From the IMG/VR virus record IMGVR_UViG_3300042466_000580, positions 1 through 60,113 of that record: a stretch of DNA of 60,113 bases; one strand, written 5' to 3'. The position numbers were made by a program, and so were the translations under genes. The notes under the pieces were generated by a model, which saw nothing but the letters and a program-made list of their open reading frames with translations, ran no database searches and had not been told where the DNA came from. This DNA comes from a virus. Lineage: Duplodnaviria > Caudoviricetes. This document shows, piece after piece, positions 54,837-60,113 of the stretch (positions are counted from its first letter, which is position 1; each line of letters opens with the position of its first letter).

Positions 54837-57614
54837 TCACCTCGTCCAGTTCTGGAGAATTTGCGTGTTGGGATTCAGGCTCATGTTGAAGTTACGGAGG
54901 GCACGAATCCGGTCCTCGGGCTTGGCACCCAGGTCTTGGCTTCCCTCGCCGCCACGGGGAACGTAGGGGAAGGGGAATCCCTCTGGGCCTTGAGGTCCCA
55001 TCGGCGGGATGTTGCCCGGGGGTGGCGGCTCAATGCCACCACCAACCGGCGGCTGCCCACCACCAACTGGAGGTTGCCCGCCACGAATCAGGAGTTCACG
55101 AATCCCCAACGCGCCACCAACAAGCCCAGCCCGCTTGGCCCATTTCTTCCACTGAGGCTCGGCCTGCGGCGTTGCATCAGGGGTGTGTACGGACGGGTCC
55201 TCAGGACGGTTGATTACCACATCTTCTAGGTCTGGCTCTCTCTTAACCTCAACCGGATCAGGCTCTCGCTTGATCTCAAACTCTGCATCAATCGGCTCGT
55301 TGTTGAGGTCGAGGTCCCTGCGGGGCGGCAGCACCTCAACGGGATCAATGGGTGTGGTCGATGCCGCCAGCTTGCCACCCTGAAGGTCGGCAGTAGTGCT
55401 GGGGATCAACGCACCACCTGGGGCAGTATCCTGACTACCGGGCACCATAGAGCCACCGGCAGAGCTTGGGTTAGCCGGTGTGACAGGAATCAAGTCTCCC
55501 CCGGTCTGGGCCGGAAAGGGATTGAACGGACGGTTCAGGGTGCCAGCCTCGCGGTCCATCGTCTGCATGGAGTTGATGCCAGACATGGAGTCCAGCCGCT
55601 CTGCCAACACCAGCCGTCGCTGGAGTTCGGCAATCTTGCTGGCCTTCGCCGCCGCAGCACTGGTGCCTGGGGCCTCGGGCTCATTGGACTCCAAGAGTTC
55701 CCGAAGCTGCTGACGCAAGACAGAGGAACGCTCCATCTCGTTCCCAACCGTCTTGTTGAACTCAGCCTGGAACTGCCGTCGCCGCTCTAGGTCGGAGTCG
55801 CTGACCATCCGGTTCTCCCGGTTGTAGGCAGCAAAAGGACGGTCGCCGTCAGGGATATACTTTTTCTTCCCGTCCTCGTCATACACAACCGCGTTGTAAG
55901 ACCCTGGCTTGTTGCCGGGGAGTTCCTTGGCAGGCTTGCTGTTCACCCCACGGCGGTCACCCAAGTCTCGGCCAAGGGCAAAGTTGGGGTCCACCTCTTC
56001 GGTCGAGATCGGCTCACCTTCACCACTCAATCGCTGTTGCAGATCGGCAAGCTCTTCGGGGCCAACCTCGTCACCAAGCTCCATGCCGGGATTGCCTTGA
56101 GCGATTACTTGCTTCGGGGCAGGAGCCTCGCCACGCACGTTCGGAGTGCCAAGGTTGGGGACGTTGGCTGGGTCCTGAGTGGTGGAAACCCCATCACCAA
56201 TGCCACCAGCCGGGGCCGCAGGGCTGCCGTCACCAGGGCGGGTGCTTGGCTTGTAGTTCTCGCCCCATCCTTGATGCCCGAAAATGTCCTCAAACTTGCG
56301 GGTAAGGGAAGCAATCGTTTGCTCCATCATCAGTGCCCGCTCTGCCGTCTGTGCGGCCTTCACTGAGTCAGGCATATTCTGACGAAGAAGCGGGCCAGCC
56401 TTCTTCTCTGACATCTGACCAGGGGGAATGTCGCCGCCGTTCATCCGGTCAACAGGGAAGTCAGGATCGTGGTTGTAATCCTGAAGCAACTCAGTCGCAT
56501 CCGCTCGCTCGCCTGCCGTGACGGGCGTGACGTTCATGCTCTCTTTGTTCGTAGTGGAAACGAAATCACGGGCGAACTCTTCTGCGGAACTGTACTGTTG
56601 GTTGGGGGTAGTGAAGTCGCCCCTCTTCACTGTGCGGAAAGCATCAAGTGCATCGCTGTGGTCGGCAGGCCGGACACTCGTAACGTGTCTCTTCATTTTG
56701 CTGCCGGTGTTACCCGGAGCAAAGACGCTAGGGTTGTCTTGTCTGCTATCCGCAGTGTCGAACATCAGCGGATCGCTTGCCCGCTTGCTGTCGATTACGT
56801 CATGGGCATTGCTGTTTTCAGCAAGCCTGTTCATTAGCGCGGTGGCTTTCTGCTTTGGGGTCTGAGTGCCTGCGGCCAGAGCCCTGCCTGGGGGACGCGG
56901 ATTGACTCCCGATCCCCGTGGAGTGTTGGCGGCATCGTCATAGACAGGGCCAACACGAAGTCCCTCTTTGGCTCGCTCAATAGCCCGCCGAGTCTGGGGG
57001 TCAGTGTTCTCGTCTGTGTACTTGGGGTAGTAGACGGTGTTGCCGTCCTTGTCCTTGCCCTTCCTCAGACCAAGCTCACCACGATTGCTCGTAACGTCCT
57101 TCAGAACCTTGGGGTCTTCCGATGGATTCTCTGGCTGGAACGGTTTTGGCTCCATCCCTGCCTGTGCATCAATACCGTCCAGGCGAACGCCACCGCCAGG
57201 AGTGGCAGGCTTGTTCTGAATCCAAGAGGCATCCGGGTCCACCCCATTGAACACCGCATCGACCAGCATCTTGCCTTCTTCGGTAAGCTCAATCGGGCGG
57301 GGCTTCTTGGTCGCGGGGTCAATGCCAGCCACCTGGGGATTGCGTGTTTCCGCCGTGATGGTTCGCAAGAGCTTGTCTTGCTCATCGGGGGACATGTTGT
57401 CCACGATCTTGCGAAGCTGTGCCAAGTCCTCGGGCGCACCGCTGTAGATCAGGTTGCGAACAAAACTGAGAGGAAGGGCAGTGTCTACGTTGTGACCAGC
57501 CTTGTTCGGGTTCTGGGCCAGGGCCTTGCGCGCGGCCCCTTCGCCAGTCTTTACGCGAGGTGCGTCAGGCACATTGTCGGCCTCTCCAAGCAGCTTGCGA
57601 ATTGTGCGGCTCAT
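54837..57614 (-). CDS. Putative ejection protein (low complexity, C-terminal hydrophobic helix)
   Basis: 925 aa; starts MSRTIR like the next gene. Confidence 0.65.
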   Translation of the reverse strand: MSRTIRKLLGEADNVPDAPRVKTGEGAARKALAQNPNKAGHNVDTALPLSFVRNLIYSGAPEDLAQLRKIVDNMSPDEQDKLLRTITAETRNPQVAGIDPATKKPRPIELTEEGKMLVDAVFNGVDPDASWIQNKPATPGGGVRLDGIDAQAGMEPKPFQPENPSEDPKVLKDVTSNRGELGLRKGKDKDGNTVYYPKYTDENTDPQTRRAIERAKEGLRVGPVYDDAANTPRGSGVNPRPPGRALAAGTQTPKQKATALMNRLAENSNAHDVIDSKRASDPLMFDTADSRQDNPSVFAPGNTGSKMKRHVTSVRPADHSDALDAFRTVKRGDFTTPNQQYSSAEEFARDFVSTTNKESMNVTPVTAGERADATELLQDYNHDPDFPVDRMNGGDIPPGQMSEKKAGPLLRQNMPDSVKAAQTAERALMMEQTIASLTRKFEDIFGHQGWGENYKPSTRPGDGSPAAPAGGIGDGVSTTQDPANVPNLGTPNVRGEAPAPKQVIAQGNPGMELGDEVGPEELADLQQRLSGEGEPISTEEVDPNFALGRDLGDRRGVNSKPAKELPGNKPGSYNAVVYDEDGKKKYIPDGDRPFAAYNRENRMVSDSDLERRRQFQAEFNKTVGNEMERSSVLRQQLRELLESNEPEAPGTSAAAAKASKIAELQRRLVLAERLDSMSGINSMQTMDREAGTLNRPFNPFPAQTGGDLIPVTPANPSSAGGSMVPGSQDTAPGGALIPSTTADLQGGKLAASTTPIDPVEVLPPRRDLDLNNEPIDAEFEIKREPDPVEVKREPDLEDVVINRPEDPSVHTPDATPQAEPQWKKWAKRAGLVGGALGIRELLIRGGQPPVGGGQPPVGGGIEPPPPGNIPPMGPQGPEGFPFPYVPRGGEGSQDLGAKPEDRIRALRNFNMSLNPNTQILQNWTR

Positions 57615-57892
57615 GCGTCTTCCTTCTTCTTCTTGCGGCGGAACGGCAGGTCTTTCTCAGCAACCAGATCGTCCTCTTCCACCTTGGGGGTCTTGGGCTT
57701 GCCGTTCTTGGACTCCTTCAAGTCAGCGAGGGAGTTGGACTCTTCTTCGTCCTTCTCCGCGTGCTTCTCCTTCTCCTCGTCGGTCTTCTTGCCGTAGGGG
57801 AGTTGGTTGCGGACAAGCCCATTCAGCACCTTCCTAAGCTGCTTAGGGGTGAGGTCATCCAGATCAAGGCCCGAAATCGCTTGGTGGCTCAT
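57611..57892 (-). CDS. Small charged protein
   Basis: 93 aa K/E-rich; GGAG RBS. Confidence 0.7.
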   Translation of the reverse strand: MSHQAISGLDLDDLTPKQLRKVLNGLVRNQLPYGKKTDEEKEKHAEKDEEESNSLADLKESKNGKPKTPKVEEDDLVAEKDLPFRRKKKKEDA

Positions 57893-57901
57893 CGCTAACT
57901 C

Positions 57902-58360
57902 CTATGCAAGACCCTTGCCCAACATGGCAAGACGCAGCCTTAACGCTGCCTGATTGCGAGCGTTTGCAATGGACGCTCGGTTGGTTGTTTTGTTGAAGTC
58001 GTACCCAAATCTCGCGTCGTTCTTTTCGGTCCTCTGGCCGTAATCAAACGCCATAGCCCCCTGTCGGAGCATCTGGTTGTCGAACGTGGCCTGACTGTTG
58101 AACTGTTGATCCTCGGCCTCAATGCCCGCCCGCTTCTGGGCACCGGCGGCATTACCGGCAGCCTCTTGCTGGTTGGCATACATGGCTTGGCTGGCACCGG
58201 AGGAGACACCGCGATTGCCAGTGTTCCTTGTGTCGGTGGCGGCGGTCTGCGATTTCTGAACTTCACCTGCGTAGACGTTTGCCGCCATGTCCTGAGTTGC
58301 AGAGTCTGCGACCAGCTTTGGTGGCTTGATACGGAACGGGGTGTTGTCTGCACTAAACAT
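57902..58360 (-). CDS. Putative small ejection protein
   Basis: Q/A/N-rich helical ORF. Confidence 0.65.
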   Translation of the reverse strand: MFSADNTPFRIKPPKLVADSATQDMAANVYAGEVQKSQTAATDTRNTGNRGVSSGASQAMYANQQEAAGNAAGAQKRAGIEAEDQQFNSQATFDNQMLRQGAMAFDYGQRTEKNDARFGYDFNKTTNRASIANARNQAALRLRLAMLGKGLA

Positions 58361-58362
58361 GA

Positions 58363-58779
58363 TTACCCAATCAATCCGATATGGCCGGTCTGCCAATCAC
58401 TCTGCAACCCTATCTGTTGCTCAAGCAGCTTGGCGGCGAATGAAGACTGTTGGTTGCGCTGGCCCATCAACTGCTTGTATCTGCCCATCTGAGCCTGCCG
58501 CCATTGCTGGTTCATCTGCTCGCCCTGCTGCATCTGCTTGTTGCCCATCTCGGCATTGGACTTAGAGACATCTCGGTCAACCTGCGCGGCGTTTGAGAAC
58601 GCGAGTCCCTTTGATAAATCATCAACGGCCCGGTCCCCCGTCGCTGTGCCAGTGCGAGGAGTGAAGGCGGAACCCTGGAGCAAGGATTGCTTTATGGAGC
58701 CAGCGTTGACCCCCTGCCTATTGGTGGGCATCTTGGGTGCAGACGATGGGGTAGGTGCTTTCGGTAGCGGAGAGTTCAT
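58363..58779 (-). CDS. Putative small ejection protein
   Basis: Q-rich, 138 aa. Confidence 0.65.
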   Translation of the reverse strand: MNSPLPKAPTPSSAPKMPTNRQGVNAGSIKQSLLQGSAFTPRTGTATGDRAVDDLSKGLAFSNAAQVDRDVSKSNAEMGNKQMQQGEQMNQQWRQAQMGRYKQLMGQRNQQSSFAAKLLEQQIGLQSDWQTGHIGLIG

Positions 58780-58782
58780 GGA

Positions 58783-59298
58783 TTACCCCAGCATTAATCT
58801 GGCCAGGGGGCTCTGGTACGGGTGCGGGGTTCGCTTGCCGTTTTGGATTCGGTAGCCACCAAGACCCGCCATGTTCAGGAGCGAGCGATTGCGGGCCTGA
58901 CGGGCGGCATCTGACGGGGGAGAGCCGTATCCGCCCTGAGGTTCAGCCTGGGCCCTCTGGTTCGCCCCCTGTTGCCGCATGGCCTCTAGCTGGTACTGGT
59001 GCTGCCGCTCCCGCTCGTCCTCTACCTGCCTCTTGCGGGAAGCCAACTCGCTGGCCCACGCCGCATTGGTTGCCGCGTACATATCCTTTTGCATCGCAGC
59101 GTGTTCTTGAAACATATTCATGCTGTTCTGCGGCTTTCGGGAGGGGGCAGCCTGGACAGCCTGCGGTCGAGGCTGGGCGGCTGGCTGCGGTGCCTCTTTC
59201 TCGTCTTCCTTCTTGTCATCCGCTGGCTTGGCAGGGGCAGGCTGTGCGCCACCCCAGTTGAAGCTGCCAAGAACGGAGTTGGCCCAAGGGTTTTTCAT
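58783..59298 (-). CDS. Hypothetical virion protein
   Basis: Q/A-rich; preceded by the promoter motif. Confidence 0.65.
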   Translation of the reverse strand: MKNPWANSVLGSFNWGGAQPAPAKPADDKKEDEKEAPQPAAQPRPQAVQAAPSRKPQNSMNMFQEHAAMQKDMYAATNAAWASELASRKRQVEDERERQHQYQLEAMRQQGANQRAQAEPQGGYGSPPSDAARQARNRSLLNMAGLGGYRIQNGKRTPHPYQSPLARLMLG

Positions 59299-59303
59299 CA
59301 CCT

Positions 59304-59316
59304 TATTTATGTCCCG
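59304..59316 (-). promoter_or_regulatory. Candidate late-promoter motif, copy 3 (CGGGACATAAATA)
   Basis: Repeat of the 13534 and 28338 motif. Confidence 0.55.
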
Positions 59317-59322
59317 CTCGCG

Positions 59323-59748
59323 TCAAACTGAAACGCTACTTTGGGCTTTTCTCTCAGCAAGCGTGACCGCAGCCATGACCAAGCCCCTCCCGGCCATGCG
59401 GACAAACGGCAGGCCTCTCTTTGCTGACTCTTCCCCTAGCCAATCAACCACTGTCTCAATGTTATCCTTAACCCACTGGCATCCCATCTTGTCCATGTGG
59501 GCAGCCCTGGAGTTACAGCTACAGGTGGGGGTAGCCGTAATGCCAATCTTCTTTAGCAACCCCTTGAGTTGGGTTCCGGCTAGGCACTCTGGCGGCTTGG
59601 GTTCACGGGAGTGTGGGAAGCTGGGGTGGGTTTCGTCTATCGTCCACATATCCCCTGCCTGCTTGACTACGCAGGGCATAACCTCGGGCAGGGAGTAACC
59701 ACGCTCTCGGCATCTGGCTATCAGGTGGTCTTTGTTGCAGGTAATCAT
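59323..59748 (-). CDS. Cys-containing hypothetical protein
   Basis: ATG 59748 overlaps the upstream stop; 'GTQLKGLLKKIGI...CSCNSRA..MD..G..W'. Confidence 0.75.
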   Translation of the reverse strand: MITCNKDHLIARCRERGYSLPEVMPCVVKQAGDMWTIDETHPSFPHSREPKPPECLAGTQLKGLLKKIGITATPTCSCNSRAAHMDKMGCQWVKDNIETVVDWLGEESAKRGLPFVRMAGRGLVMAAVTLAERKAQSSVSV

Positions 59749-60113
59749 GGGAGGGGGTTGTCTCCTTGTCGCCCCACGCAGGGAGGATTCGGGTTGGCCT
59801 GTAGCCATGCTTCGCAAGCCGCCTTGCTTGTGCAGTCATACGGACGGGGCGCACAATAGGCTGGGGGTAATGGGTCTGAGTCATCCCATACGGCATCAAG
59901 CCAGCACTCACCATCACCGCAATCAGGCGGCGACCATGTGCATGTTGCATTTGGCGGGCAGGGGTCGGGGGGCGGCGGCTTGCAGGCAGCTTGGCACTCC
60001 TCCATCGTGGCGTAGACTTCCGGCTGGCCCGCGCACTCGTTGCACGGAGCACACTCCCAGATTTGCGAGAACGGCCCCTGACAAATGTAGCCATCGGGCT
60101 GCGGCGGCTTGCA
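59745..60113 (-). CDS. Cysteine-rich protein, C-terminal part (5' truncated by the window end)
   Basis: Frame open from 60113: CKPPQPDGYICQGPFSQIWECAPCNECAGQPEVYATMEECQAACKPPPPDPCPP... Confidence 0.85.
   Translation of the reverse strand, partial: CKPPQPDGYICQGPFSQIWECAPCNECAGQPEVYATMEECQAACKPPPPDPCPPNATCTWSPPDCGDGECWLDAVWDDSDPLPPAYCAPRPYDCTSKAACEAWLQANPNPPCVGRQGDNPLP

Noticed and set aside
49828-57614. Virion RNA polymerase among the large virion proteins (to match N4-like hairpins)
   Set aside because: No T7-like or DxDGD-type polymerase motifs recognised; a structure search would be needed to exclude it fully
59603-60094. Direct circular join of the window ends through this ORF frame
   Set aside because: Joining base 1 to 60113 shifts out of the Cys-rich frame into a non-protein-like frame, and I saw no terminal overlap, so a gap is more likely
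1-60113. Alternative genetic code or stop-codon reassignment
   Set aside because: Genes are full length and tightly coupled under the standard code, with TAA, TAG and TGA all used as stops

Overview
Near-complete genome (about 60 kb, high GC) of a tailed dsDNA phage with podovirus-like architecture. Both window ends fall inside what looks like one cysteine-rich gene, so the contig is probably a circularly permuted genome with a small gap. There are three blocks. (1) A minus-strand virion module (49.8-60.1 kb continuing into 1-28.5 kb): ejection-protein candidates, tail nozzle/adaptor, a cluster of collagen/fibre genes, portal, terminase, major capsid and scaffold. (2) A plus-strand early region (28.7-39.8 kb) of small genes ending in a LexA-type HTH protein and a serine recombinase. 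(3) A minus-strand recombination/regulation block (39.7-49 kb): RecE-like nuclease, ERF annealase, CsrA, SF2 helicase, HNH nucleases, MazG, DUF5664, a resolvase and a sigma factor, followed by a plus-strand tyrosine recombinase. I recognise no DNA polymerase, primase or classical endolysin. A Planctomycetota host is my impression only. The most striking signal is non-coding. Many early intergenic spacers carry a structured RNA module: two type II hammerhead ribozymes, seven copies of a covarying CGGAG-loop hairpin followed by CCCTGTTGG(T/A)TGG, two anticodon-less tRNA-like elements and four terminators placed directly before genes. The same genome encodes its own GGA-binding CsrA. Other highlights are an apparently split 'plug/socket' motif across the fibre genes, a structured ~450-nt non-coding locus, and two candidate promoter classes. 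All product calls come from motif recognition, not database searches.
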